64,000 nucleotides of DNA, from NCBI GenBank assembly GCA_029010575.1, contig JAQXKS010000061.1, positions 20,580 through 84,579 on the forward strand, in the 5' to 3' direction. The position numbers were made by a program, and so were the translations under genes. Numbering within the stretch: position 1 is the first letter of the stretch; every line of letters begins with the position of its first letter. Origin of the DNA: Bacteroidales bacterium. GTDB taxonomy: Bacteria > Bacteroidota > Bacteroidia > Bacteroidales > UBA932. The notes under the pieces were generated by a model. That model saw only the letters and a list, made by a program, of their open reading frames with translations. It made no database searches and was not told where the DNA came from. Shown here piece after piece: positions 19,351 to 29,252 of this stretch.

Positions 19351-21135
19351 TTATGTCATATAAGTTAATGAAAACGGAATAGTGCGGTCGCATTCGCCGC
19401 CACAATTCACAACTGTACATTGCTTGCTTCCACCGGCAATTTTAGCAGACCATGCGCCAAAAACACCACGCGGATCAAAGCAAAAAGATACAGTATAACG
19501 AGGCGCATCAATGCCATTTGGAAGAGTGAACACCGTACCGCTATGAACTGTTGCTACTTGGCCCTGAATACATACGACTTTACCAATCTGGCGCACATAC
19601 AATCCAACAGTTCCAGATATGTATTTCCACCCAGTATCAGCTATAATAGGCTCATAACTATCTGAAGCAGCAGCTGCGCCAATGTTCTTGCGGATTGCAG
19701 CCTTTTTTGCCTCTGTAGTTGCCATATCAGCAAGCAAATTATTGAGTGTAGGGCAAAGTGATGTAACATCATTGTTGCTCATTGCACCAATCTGAGTGCG
19801 AAGAACAGCAGCAGTATTAGCTCCTGTAATAAACTGGGAGAGGCCACCTGTAATTTTACCATAGCGTGCATCAGCCTGAGTGCGTGTGTAAACAACAGAG
19901 AGGTTAGCCTTCAACGCCATCGCCTCATTATTATTAGACACCAGAACATACTTGCTGGAGAGTAACTGACCGTTTTCTTTGATAGCGGGGCCAATATTAA
20001 CGAAGTTCGTGCCGGTAATTTCAACATTGGCCAGAACATTATTAATACTGAATAATTTGCTGTCGCTGGAAATGAACCCAATAGAGGCTACGCTTTCGTC
20101 ATTGACATCACGGAAGGAAATAGCCTTCAGCATAGAAGGACTCGTCTTCGCATAGGCACTTTTGATGATAAAGCCGTTTACATCTGCCGAAGCCAATGTC
20201 ATTACACCAGCTATATCTACCTTAGAAGTTGAACCAATAATAGAAATAATGGCCGCACCCTTACCATTACCAATATAGGTATCACGATAATTGATTGTAC
20301 TGCCATTATATCCCACCATATTGATGTTCAATGCCCCTCTATCTCCAGAAGTTCCATTATTATAGATTGCGCTCTCGGCAGTTATTATATTGCCACCAAT
20401 CAGGCCCGCTGTTGAAGCGATACTCTTGGCAGTTGAGATACCGTCATTCCCAATTGTACACAAAAGCGTACTTCCAGAATACAACTTGTATCCCCCGGCA
20501 TTGTCAATAACGAATTTATAGATCACACCTGTTCCAACACGACTTTGGATGGTCATCTTTTCTCCATCCCAAGACATTTGGCAAACACTTTCTCCGGAAG
20601 TAAGCTTGAATGTGTTGTTCAAAGAAAGAATACCGGCAATATTGACCGCATTCTGAAATTGAACCGTTCCCTTTACAAGTTGGTTTCCCGATGCAGGATC
20701 CAATATCAATGCGTACTTCCCAAAGAGTGCATCTTTCATTTGCAATGCTCCAGCAGCAGTGAACTTTATATATGTAGGAACAGCCCCAGTAATCGGATCA
20801 AGCGATGTGGGTACTGACGAGCCAAGCGTACAGCCATAAACAGTGCGTCCTACCTTATCTGTACCGCTGGCATAAGCAACATTTTCCAATGAGTTAGATT
20901 CATATAGATAACGAGGCCAAGACGATACACCCGATGCTCCTTGAAAATAGCGGATCTCCTTATTGAGATAAACATAACCACTGGAGATGTTTTGGCCGCT
21001 TACCCTACATCCACTTATTACAAAGTTGTCGCACTCAGTGAAAATGGCATTAAATGCAAGAGCCAACTCTTGCAAATTCATCACATCGTCAACATAGGTG
21101 AAACGACCTCCAGTTTGTGCGCTAAAGTGTTTCAT
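19351..21135 (-). CDS. tail fibre / receptor-binding protein (distal)
   Basis: 594-aa Gly/Ser/Thr/Asn-rich ORF at the end of the baseplate block. Assigned by composition and position only. Confidence 0.45.
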   Translation of the reverse strand: MKHFSAQTGGRFTYVDDVMNLQELALAFNAIFTECDNFVISGCRVSGQNISSGYVYLNKEIRYFQGASGVSSWPRYLYESNSLENVAYASGTDKVGRTVYGCTLGSSVPTSLDPITGAVPTYIKFTAAGALQMKDALFGKYALILDPASGNQLVKGTVQFQNAVNIAGILSLNNTFKLTSGESVCQMSWDGEKMTIQSRVGTGVIYKFVIDNAGGYKLYSGSTLLCTIGNDGISTAKSIASTAGLIGGNIITAESAIYNNGTSGDRGALNINMVGYNGSTINYRDTYIGNGKGAAIISIIGSTSKVDIAGVMTLASADVNGFIIKSAYAKTSPSMLKAISFRDVNDESVASIGFISSDSKLFSINNVLANVEITGTNFVNIGPAIKENGQLLSSKYVLVSNNNEAMALKANLSVVYTRTQADARYGKITGGLSQFITGANTAAVLRTQIGAMSNNDVTSLCPTLNNLLADMATTEAKKAAIRKNIGAAAASDSYEPIIADTGWKYISGTVGLYVRQIGKVVCIQGQVATVHSGTVFTLPNGIDAPRYTVSFCFDPRGVFGAWSAKIAGGSKQCTVVNCGGECDRTIPFSLTYMT

Positions 21136-21667
21136 TATTGAATACTATTGAATATGTTTTACCTGATAATTTATACTTATCAACTTGATACGACACCATC
21201 GCCAAATAATCTGCCTTGGAAATTTTGGCCGTATTTATCTCAGGAGAAGAAACAATGAAGCTCTTGTTGTCAGCAGCCTCATTTTCACCTGGGTAATACA
21301 AGATCATATTTTCTTCCCCGCTGGCAGATTCTCCCTCAAAACGCGTTACCTGATGTTCGACACCAACGGCCTGAGTGTTTTCCCAATGCAATTCGGCCCC
21401 TAAACGAGAAGTGGTTTTAATTGCAATTCTGTCAGATGGATTAGCAAAATATCTGGAAAACTTATAATTCAGAAACCACTCAAATTTTATGATTTGGGAG
21501 GTCATCGCAGCTTCGATTCTGGTTTCTTTAGCCCACAACGCGAAAGTGTCATTGATTGTCTGTAGGGGCGATAAGATGGATTGCAAGAAAAGAATCAATT
21601 TGCGCCCCCCAATATAGTGTGGCACAAGTTGATTGATTGTTTTATCAAAGTTAATGGAATATCTCAT
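21122..21667 (-). CDS. putative baseplate/tail-fibre-associated protein
   Basis: ORF. ATG 21667 forms a TAATG overlap with the upstream stop, the recurrent pattern in this genome. Assigned by position after the J-like gene. Confidence 0.3.
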   Translation of the reverse strand: MRYSINFDKTINQLVPHYIGGRKLILFLQSILSPLQTINDTFALWAKETRIEAAMTSQIIKFEWFLNYKFSRYFANPSDRIAIKTTSRLGAELHWENTQAVGVEHQVTRFEGESASGEENMILYYPGENEAADNKSFIVSSPEINTAKISKADYLAMVSYQVDKYKLSGKTYSIVFNNETL

Positions 21668-22584
21668 TATTGCTCTACTACAAATATCATTGCAGACCTC
21701 CATTTTTCAAGTCCTGCCTCATTTCCAGTGCCAGAACTTTCTTTCAAATATCCACTGTTAGGAACAAAGGAACGGGTAACACGCTGTTCGTAGCTGGTTA
21801 CATTTCCCCCATCATCAAAAGCAGTAGGGATCAAGTTGTCATCATCGTCATACTGAGCCACGAAAATACCCTGGGAGTCTGATTCAGGGTTGATGTACAC
21901 ATCCAAGACATGCTCTGCGCTTTGAATCGCATCTATGATTTTTTGGGCATATATGACACCATTAAAATCCGCATTTTCAATGAAGGTATGCAAAGCAGTT
22001 TCAATATTGGTGTATAGCTCATCTTCCGTGATTGCTCCGTCATGATAAACGGTGACGCGGGGTATAAGAATATCTCCCTTACGACTTACTGCCTCCAAAT
22101 GAGTACCAGCAAAGGCAATTTGCCTAAGATAGCCTCGCACAGCAATAAGCTCATCATTTGAAAGTCGTTCATACTTACCGGGTTCTCCGGTAGCCAACTT
22201 GAAAATCAGTTTCTTGTCATAGAACCCAGTTTCCTGTACTTCAGCATAACTTACTTTGGTGACAACCCTCTTGCTTTCATCGACAATTGGATATGAGAAA
22301 GAAGTGCCATCTTCACTCATCTGAAGAGTATCTCCAGACTGATACTTTAACAAAGCTTTAGCATAATATGTGGGTGTTCCGTTAATACGGCCCTGGATGT
22401 CCTTCGCAATATCGGTCTGAAAGACATCTAACAAATTTTCAAATGTCCATATTGATGCAGACACAATCCAGGTAAAAGCATCCATAATGGACATCTTGGA
22501 GTCATTCTTAACTTCAGATAACTCCAAACGCTCATCACGACATAGTTTGGCGGCGTGATATATTTCTGATAATGTTCTTGCCAT
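21667..22584 (-). CDS. putative baseplate wedge protein (J-like by position)
   Basis: 305-aa ORF in the baseplate block. No decisive motif. Confidence 0.3.
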   Translation of the reverse strand: MARTLSEIYHAAKLCRDERLELSEVKNDSKMSIMDAFTWIVSASIWTFENLLDVFQTDIAKDIQGRINGTPTYYAKALLKYQSGDTLQMSEDGTSFSYPIVDESKRVVTKVSYAEVQETGFYDKKLIFKLATGEPGKYERLSNDELIAVRGYLRQIAFAGTHLEAVSRKGDILIPRVTVYHDGAITEDELYTNIETALHTFIENADFNGVIYAQKIIDAIQSAEHVLDVYINPESDSQGIFVAQYDDDDNLIPTAFDDGGNVTSYEQRVTRSFVPNSGYLKESSGTGNEAGLEKWRSAMIFVVEQ

Positions 22585-22586
22585 AT

Positions 22587-23456
22587 TTATACTGTATAAA
22601 TCTTACCATTTATGTTAAACACCCAAGCACCGCTGGCATTCCAAGCTGCTTCTCCCAAAATAGTTTGAATCGCCCCCATTCCAACTACACTTGGTTCCTG
22701 TGTTAAATATACATGGCAATTCCTTCTGGAGCCATAATGCTCAACAATGTGCTGAAGATATGCGTCAACCGTTTCTATATCGATATGTGCGCCCCTCAAA
22801 TCAAGTTCCTGAAGACTCATATCGTATATTGGGGATAAATCCTTCAAATACATACCCCCCAAATCCAACTTCGCTGTGCCTTCGAACAAGAATAGGCCTT
22901 CCAAGGAGTAATCGTTTGCCTTACAAGAAAACTCATCTACAATAACTGGATATAATGTATAGATTTGGCCATTCAATAAAGTAGCATCCCACGAGAGTAG
23001 AGAGAATTGACCATAAATCTTCATCACTCTCTTATCAACAATACTGTCAAAAGAGTGTTCAATAGTCTGTACTGTATGTGATAATTCTATAGCCTGAATA
23101 TCAGAATTATCTCCCCAGTCAACATACATTGTTCCCTCACCAGCCACCACTAAAGTAGTGCTATCATATTTAACCGGTATATCAATCTGGAAGACTTGTT
23201 CGGCATCCATTTTCTTCTGATATACATGGCGTTCACTGTTGATAGGCTTATAGCCTTGTGTTTGGATTTCATTGACAATACTTTGGTTGATTACATATTC
23301 CTCGTGATATGTGATTTCCATACCGGCATGAAGGTCGGTATCCATAGAGAGCCAATCGTTAGAAATCAACAGGTCATATATGCCTTCAATGGAGCCACAT
23401 ATATCAATGGCCACATCGAAAATATTCTGGTGTCGTTTTACAATATAAGTTGCCAT
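22587..23456 (-). CDS. structural protein with LysM-like N-terminus and LRR-like C-terminal region
   Basis: N-terminus YIVKRHQNIFDVAIDICGSIEGIYDLLISND resembles a LysM-type fold. The C-terminal half LDLGGMYLKDLSPIYDMSLQELDLRGAHID is leucine-rich-repeat-like. Confidence 0.3.
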   Translation of the reverse strand: MATYIVKRHQNIFDVAIDICGSIEGIYDLLISNDWLSMDTDLHAGMEITYHEEYVINQSIVNEIQTQGYKPINSERHVYQKKMDAEQVFQIDIPVKYDSTTLVVAGEGTMYVDWGDNSDIQAIELSHTVQTIEHSFDSIVDKRVMKIYGQFSLLSWDATLLNGQIYTLYPVIVDEFSCKANDYSLEGLFLFEGTAKLDLGGMYLKDLSPIYDMSLQELDLRGAHIDIETVDAYLQHIVEHYGSRRNCHVYLTQEPSVVGMGAIQTILGEAAWNASGAWVFNINGKIYTV

Positions 23457-24148
23457 TAGTTCATCGCATCTACGGTTGCAGTATCAAGCCTTAGTTGTAT
23501 GCCATTGGTATCGAAATCAAATCCGGCTGAAATGACTGGAGTACCATCTTCGCCAAATTCGCGGGCCAGTACAGAAGCCAAGTCCGTGCCCAATATGTTG
23601 CTCTTTGTCCAACGAATTAGGCCCACCCCATTAACAGGGTAGCGATAATTATTGGTTGGAACACAAGCAAGCATCAAATTAGCATTCTGTCGATTTGCTT
23701 CAATAACATTAAAATCACTTTCAGCTCCGGAATACAAAACAACATCCCCCTTGTCAAAAATAAGATGAAACGAATTTTCTGAAATTTTTCGCAACTGGGA
23801 GGCAAAGGCATTGACCGTAAATTCTTTTCCAAAAGGAACAACCTTGGCCAAAAACCAATCCGAGCCATTAGTAGGATTCTGAAGATATTCCGAAGTGGTT
23901 TCGGAGTATATCCTCTTGACGCGAAGATAGAATTCCTTGTATTTCCCAGTATAAGGAATGACGCAAGAAATTCCATCCCGGCGAATGACATCTACGGGTA
24001 ATGTCGCTGGAACCTCGACTTCTCCATATATATACCTGGAAAGGCCATCGGGGTTCGATACCCATGAGAACGGATAAAGTGTAACCTTATTTTGAGAGGT
24101 TAAAGTAATATCTCCGGTCTGAATATGTATTTCAATATCTCTGCGCAT
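23456..24148 (-). CDS. hypothetical structural protein
   Basis: ORF. The track start 24166 is TTG; ATG 24148 gives a TAATG overlap with the upstream stop. Confidence 0.35.
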   Translation of the reverse strand: MRRDIEIHIQTGDITLTSQNKVTLYPFSWVSNPDGLSRYIYGEVEVPATLPVDVIRRDGISCVIPYTGKYKEFYLRVKRIYSETTSEYLQNPTNGSDWFLAKVVPFGKEFTVNAFASQLRKISENSFHLIFDKGDVVLYSGAESDFNVIEANRQNANLMLACVPTNNYRYPVNGVGLIRWTKSNILGTDLASVLAREFGEDGTPVISAGFDFDTNGIQLRLDTATVDAMN

Positions 24149-26868
24149 TATGTTAATGTTTTCCAATTAGTGCCACTATTATTAGAATACATAATTCCAG
24201 CACCTGTTATTTTGAATTTGAATCCAGAAAATGATATTTCAAATCCATTGTCAGTAAATATCAAGTATCCATAAGAGTTTTTATGTAATACTCCATTCTT
24301 AAAAATGGCTGTTCCCATAAATTTATTTTCACCATCACTCACTGCTCTCTTGTATGAAAAATTGGTCATGTTCATTGTGAAATAGTCATCGAACACCCAA
24401 TCTGCATCTTCAGCTGGATAGGAAGCTCCGTTCACTGGCCTAATTAAGCTTAAATCATTGCCAGAAAGCATGTGATCCATATCATGAGGATTCACAAATA
24501 AGCGTAATCTTTCTGCTATAACTTCTATTGAAAATATTCCACCTTCTGAGACCGTTATTTCATTATTAGGTAATGATAAATTGAATGTAGTGCTTGGTTG
24601 GGAGCCTCCGCCCTTCAACTGAGATGATCCCTCAAAAATATTTGTGTCGGAACCCAGTGTAGCAAAATACTTCCCATTACGCAATAGCCGTATTTGTAAC
24701 TTATTTATCTCCCAATCGACAGAATATAAATTAGATGTATTATATTCTCCAAGGCCATCTTCAATTGGCAAAATAAAGGGGTACACCCAATCCAATAATA
24801 CACTTTGTGAAAATGTAATTACAGACCGAGCACCAAAATATCCAAGCGGCAAAGTAAGAAAAACTGCATTATCCCAATAATATTCCCATTCCTCGTCCTG
24901 ATAACGCTCTGGAATTACCTCTATCGCTGATTCTAAGCTTTTATTAAAACTTTTGCCATTAACAGTAGTGGGAATATTATAAGCACGATCTTCAGCTACA
25001 CTTGACAATTCTTCACCTTCGCAATTGGAGATAATCAAATCAAGATTATTGTCTGAATATGCCTCAATTCCATTGTCTAAGAATGACACAAAACGGCGAT
25101 GTGTTTCGTCTCCATTAACAATTTCAGCACTTTTAGCATGAAATTTATAAGCATAACAGTTACCATCTTGCAAGACTCTAAAATCAGCGGAAGCCCTATC
25201 TTCAAACGAGGAACCGGCCCAAAATCTCACAGAATCCTCTAAAGCTCCTTCAGCAGACATTCCTGCTTTAATAACGCCCTCAGAATTTCTGGCCATAATT
25301 GTTTTGGAAAGTAATACTCCGATATTAGAGACATTATCATCTACTATCAAAATATTTCCAATATTAACAGAGCAACTATCGCCATTTACTGTCCACGCAA
25401 TTCTCCCGCCCGCAAGTTTTCCACTACCATCTGCATTTAGTCCCCACTTATATCCGTAAATTCCTGTGCCAGTAAGAACCATCGAATTAGCTGTTGTGGT
25501 AAATCCATCCTGGACGGTAGCATTACCTGTCCATATAGCCGTATTACTAAAACTCCATCCGGCTATCTGATTGCCACCCGTTCCCATCTTAAATACCGTT
25601 GCGCCATCGACAACGCCCGCCAACTCCACAACTCCAGATCCAGCCTTGATATATGCTCCAGTACCGGCATTTATATGGGCTGAGAGACCGGAACTGGCTA
25701 CTTCACTAATATCATCTGCACTGAAATACACTCCAGCATTATTAGTTTGGTTAGTTAATGTTACATAATTACTAACCAAAGAATTAACATCAAAAGTCCA
25801 TCCAGCTATCTTATTAACATCACCCAGCTTAAATACCAGTTTGGTTTCCCCATATACTGCTGGAAGATAACCCTCTATACCATAGGCATTTGCGGAAGTA
25901 TAGAACATACTAATACCTCCAGATGTTTGAACTATATTGCGATGTGAATATGTATTATCAGCAAGATTAGCGTTAGTTATTTCAGCTGGGCCTAATCCTA
26001 TGTAATTAGTTAATGAATCAAGTAAAATATGGTTCTTCCAAATTGCCCTGGAAGCGATATTCCATCCAGCTATTGAACCACCTTCAGCTGTAATAGAACC
26101 TTTGAATGATGCAGAACCATCGGCGTGGAATAACACATTCCCCTTTGCGAATGTAGCCTCTCCCGTTTTGTATAATCCGTAAATTACTTCATCGTCAGAG
26201 TTCAAAGAAATAATTGAACCCTCAGACAAAATACGCAATTTCCCATCTGAGGTGCTGATTCCTCCGTTCTGAATATTCCAGCCGCCTATAGAGCCTCCGA
26301 TTTCATTCAAGTGGAATATTTCCTTCCCAGCTTGATAACCATAAATACCGGCCCCGTTTGCATCCGGCCCAACATAAACTCCAGTAAGGCTATTATCCGC
26401 TTCTTTCTTGCCAGCAAAAAATTTAGGTGTAATTATGTACTCACTTCCGATTTGAGTCTTGCGAGTTTCCCAGTCCTGAATCCATGCAAGCATCGTACTT
26501 TCCCTCTCAACGCTGAACACAAATGTGGGTGTCATAATCAGGCTGTCATAAGTAACCTGAATTTGAATAGAACCGTTAAGTATCGTTGAAGGTAAGTATG
26601 TGATAAAAAGCCTTTGTGTAAAGAAATTGACTGTTTGGAAAGCGCAAACAATTTCAGAATCGCTTTTTGCAATAACAGATATATTGCTGGGAGTGATCGG
26701 CAGCTTGACATTGCCACGGATTACATTGATGTCCGTAAAGGCCGTATTGAGTATTGGATTACTGCCATCGTAATCTGCATGTATGACGCATGAGCTTGGA
26801 CTCAGAAGCACTGAGCAAGCGTCATTAACTGATGTCAGGGTGATACCACCTTCAGCAAGAATAGCCAT
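24148..26868 (-). CDS. large tail fibre protein with repeated (I/F)(A/G)GW motifs
   Basis: 906 aa with five spaced motifs: GGSIGGWNI, GGSIAGWNI, NKIAGWTF, GNQIAGWSF, GGRIAWTV. CTATTCTTCA box 14 nt upstream of the ATG. Confidence 0.5.
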   Translation of the reverse strand: MAILAEGGITLTSVNDACSVLLSPSSCVIHADYDGSNPILNTAFTDINVIRGNVKLPITPSNISVIAKSDSEIVCAFQTVNFFTQRLFITYLPSTILNGSIQIQVTYDSLIMTPTFVFSVERESTMLAWIQDWETRKTQIGSEYIITPKFFAGKKEADNSLTGVYVGPDANGAGIYGYQAGKEIFHLNEIGGSIGGWNIQNGGISTSDGKLRILSEGSIISLNSDDEVIYGLYKTGEATFAKGNVLFHADGSASFKGSITAEGGSIAGWNIASRAIWKNHILLDSLTNYIGLGPAEITNANLADNTYSHRNIVQTSGGISMFYTSANAYGIEGYLPAVYGETKLVFKLGDVNKIAGWTFDVNSLVSNYVTLTNQTNNAGVYFSADDISEVASSGLSAHINAGTGAYIKAGSGVVELAGVVDGATVFKMGTGGNQIAGWSFSNTAIWTGNATVQDGFTTTANSMVLTGTGIYGYKWGLNADGSGKLAGGRIAWTVNGDSCSVNIGNILIVDDNVSNIGVLLSKTIMARNSEGVIKAGMSAEGALEDSVRFWAGSSFEDRASADFRVLQDGNCYAYKFHAKSAEIVNGDETHRRFVSFLDNGIEAYSDNNLDLIISNCEGEELSSVAEDRAYNIPTTVNGKSFNKSLESAIEVIPERYQDEEWEYYWDNAVFLTLPLGYFGARSVITFSQSVLLDWVYPFILPIEDGLGEYNTSNLYSVDWEINKLQIRLLRNGKYFATLGSDTNIFEGSSQLKGGGSQPSTTFNLSLPNNEITVSEGGIFSIEVIAERLRLFVNPHDMDHMLSGNDLSLIRPVNGASYPAEDADWVFDDYFTMNMTNFSYKRAVSDGENKFMGTAIFKNGVLHKNSYGYLIFTDNGFEISFSGFKFKITGAGIMYSNNSGTNWKTLT

Positions 26869-26901
26869 ACGATAACTTTTTATGAAGAATAGATGATTAG
26901 A

Positions 26902-27291
26902 CTACTCTTTGTTTGGCGTTGCAAGTGTTAAATCGGTGTCAGCTGTAATCGTTCCATCCACAAAAGCATGGGCAATGCTTTTGGCGTATGCACGAAATTC
27001 CTGCATTTTATGGAATTCAGCCAACACTTCTGGATCCTCAGGCTCCAGAAGATAGTTATTGATGATTGCTTGCATCTCATTGGCATCGTACTCATTGTTA
27101 ATCAATGCGCTGACTGCGGATCTGTAATCGTTACATCCAGCTGGAAGTGATGCAGAGGCCCAACGGTATTTGTTGTTCTCATCACCATTGACCATTTCCA
27201 GATGATAATTCAAAGTGTACACAGGCATTCCAAGATGCCTCAATACTACAACTGCTTTAGGAATTTCATTTCCCTGATTCCAAGTTTTCAT
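26902..27291 (-). CDS. hypothetical protein downstream of DGR RT
   Basis: 129-aa ORF with TAATG overlap to the RT stop. Confidence 0.4.
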   Translation of the reverse strand: MKTWNQGNEIPKAVVVLRHLGMPVYTLNYHLEMVNGDENNKYRWASASLPAGCNDYRSAVSALINNEYDANEMQAIINNYLLEPEDPEVLAEFHKMQEFRAYAKSIAHAFVDGTITADTDLTLATPNKE

Positions 27292-28745
27292 TATCTCAAT
27301 ACTCTGTATTTTAGTTTATACTTATTCTTCAGTTTAATGCACTGGAAGTGGCCAGATACATAGCAATACTTCCAAAACCATTTCTTGTTTAACAATTCTG
27401 ATGAGCGTATGGCGTAACTGTTATCGTGAACCATACCTCCCAGATAAGAATTTAAGCTGCACACATCGTGTTCCAATAGTTTGGATTGCATCTTGGTGGG
27501 TTCGTGTCCGCTACAAGCCAAATCAAAACAGAATTCGTCAAACTGTTTGAGCTTATATTTCATTGAGGCTACACTGCGATTTGATATGTATAACCTATTA
27601 GGTTTCAATACACTACCAACAAAAGCAACTCCCTTTTTAACATCCTGGATGTAAACTTTATCTGCATGTAATGTCAAATGCAAGTGTTCCTTCAACCAAA
27701 GAATAGCCTCTTTACGAATCTGTTTGATTATTTCCTTGCCATCAAATTCATCAGTAGTTGGAACAACTATGCTAAAATCATCGACAAATCTGATATATTC
27801 GCCTCCGTATTCCTTCAGTTTATGCAATATCCATTCGTCAAAGAAAGACATATAATAGTTCGCAAATAACTGACTCGTCAAATTACCAATTGGCATTCCG
27901 ATAGTGTCCGGAGCATTAAAAAGACTTTTTCTGGGATCCAGATCATCCCAGAGTCTTTCATTACCACGCTTGACGCAATATTTTTGTGGGCAGTGCATAA
28001 TGATTTTCGTGCACACATAATGAAGGTCTTCTTTATCTTCACCAATATATTTTGAATCAATGAGGTCTGAAATCATTGACTGCAAAATATTCTTATCAAT
28101 GCTCATAAAGAACGCCTTCAAATCAAACTTCCCAATATATGCCTGGCGTGTATAGTTTTGAGAAACTTTCTTGATTTTGTCCTGTAATGTTTGTACGGCA
28201 TGTAGCGTACCATAGCCAACACGACAGTTAAATGAGACATCGCCCTGAGAATGGAACCGTTCTTCGAATAAAGGGTTTAGCCTCAAACATGCCCAATGTT
28301 GGACAATACGATCACGAAAATTCGCGGCGAATACCTCCCGGAGTTTAGGGCGCGTAACTACAAAACATATACTCTTGCTTGGCTCATAGGTGTGAGACTT
28401 AACTTCTGCGGCAAGAGTGATGAGGTCATCCTCATATATTGCACGATAAAAAGTACATTGCCCGCTGGATTTCTTCTTTTTACAGCAATCCTCAAAGGCA
28501 TCTATCCAACATTGTATTTCCTTATCACTAAGTGCCGCGACTGCCCTCACATAGTTGTTGTTGTACTTGTTGTTGTTGTTCAAGTTACCATTGCTGAAGT
28601 TCATGTTCCACGCGTTGTTGGAGTTGTACTCCGAGGAGGCCGCTAATGCGTGCACTATCTTATTCTTAACTAACGCCGAAACGCCAGTGGCACGCCCATT
28701 TAATAATAAAGGAAAAGCAATACTCATAATCGTGATCAATCGCAT
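27291..28745 (-). CDS. DGR reverse transcriptase (start uncertain; reading frame contains TR)
   Basis: REVFAANFRDRIVQHW, PIGNLTSQLFANYY (DGR-type [I/L]GxxxSQ), and YIRFVDDFSIV (YxDD-class catalytic motif). Candidate starts are ATG 28745, ATG 28727 or TTG 28805. Confidence 0.85.
   Translation of the reverse strand: MRLITIMSIAFPLLLNGRATGVSALVKNKIVHALAASSEYNSNNAWNMNFSNGNLNNNNKYNNNYVRAVAALSDKEIQCWIDAFEDCCKKKKSSGQCTFYRAIYEDDLITLAAEVKSHTYEPSKSICFVVTRPKLREVFAANFRDRIVQHWACLRLNPLFEERFHSQGDVSFNCRVGYGTLHAVQTLQDKIKKVSQNYTRQAYIGKFDLKAFFMSIDKNILQSMISDLIDSKYIGEDKEDLHYVCTKIIMHCPQKYCVKRGNERLWDDLDPRKSLFNAPDTIGMPIGNLTSQLFANYYMSFFDEWILHKLKEYGGEYIRFVDDFSIVVPTTDEFDGKEIIKQIRKEAILWLKEHLHLTLHADKVYIQDVKKGVAFVGSVLKPNRLYISNRSVASMKYKLKQFDEFCFDLACSGHEPTKMQSKLLEHDVCSLNSYLGGMVHDNSYAIRSSELLNKKWFWKYCYVSGHFQCIKLKNKYKLKYRVLR
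28533..28641 (-). repeat. DGR template repeat (TR)
   Basis: 109 bp, 96/109 identical to 29259-29367. All 13 differences are A on the coding strand in this copy. Encodes an Asn(AAC)-rich peptide. Confidence 0.9.
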
Positions 28746-29155
28746 TGCTGCCGCACAATCTCCCCTCTGCCTTCGGCAACCAGATTTTTTGTTTTGCGTT
28801 CCCAACCTCCCAATTGTCGGCTAATACTTTCAATTTGGGTGAGATACGCACTTTTCTGTTTAAGACTCAGGATTCGAATATTCCCTGTCGAAGAATATTC
28901 GACAAACGCGTCCATAATAGATTTTACATCCTCCATAAATAAAATTACAGATTCGATAATTTCTAACCGAGTCTTAGCATCCGAAGTTTTCAGGGCCAAC
29001 CGAACACCACACTGGGCTTCATTGACATCCCTGATCAGTTTCCTCCCCAACTCATCGAGTGAGCGGGAATTCTTTGGGAGCCTATCGCACATCGGGATTA
29101 TCCATAGTTGGAATTGTTCCAGTTCCCGACCTACTGAACTTTGTGTTGCCTTCAT
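28736..29155 (-). CDS. avd: DGR accessory variability determinant (Avd-like)
   Basis: 139-aa predicted helical protein between VR and TR ending ..SISRQLGGWERKTK. Position and size are typical of Avd. Confidence 0.7.
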   Translation of the reverse strand: MKATQSSVGRELEQFQLWIIPMCDRLPKNSRSLDELGRKLIRDVNEAQCGVRLALKTSDAKTRLEIIESVILFMEDVKSIMDAFVEYSSTGNIRILSLKQKSAYLTQIESISRQLGGWERKTKNLVAEGRGEIVRQQCD

Positions 29156-29198
29156 GCGAACAATGTACTATATCGTGTGTATAATATTTTTCTATATT

Positions 29199-29224
29199 GC
29201 ACCGCCGCGTCAAAGCGGCGGTGC
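29199..29224 (-). promoter_or_regulatory. perfect 10-bp GC-rich hairpin downstream of VR (DGR target-recognition hairpin and/or terminator)
   Basis: gcaccgccgc (29199-29208) and gcggcggtgc (29215-29224) are exact reverse complements, with a 6-nt loop. Confidence 0.6.
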
Positions 29225-29252
29225 GTAATAACAAAGAGCTACCACCCAACAG

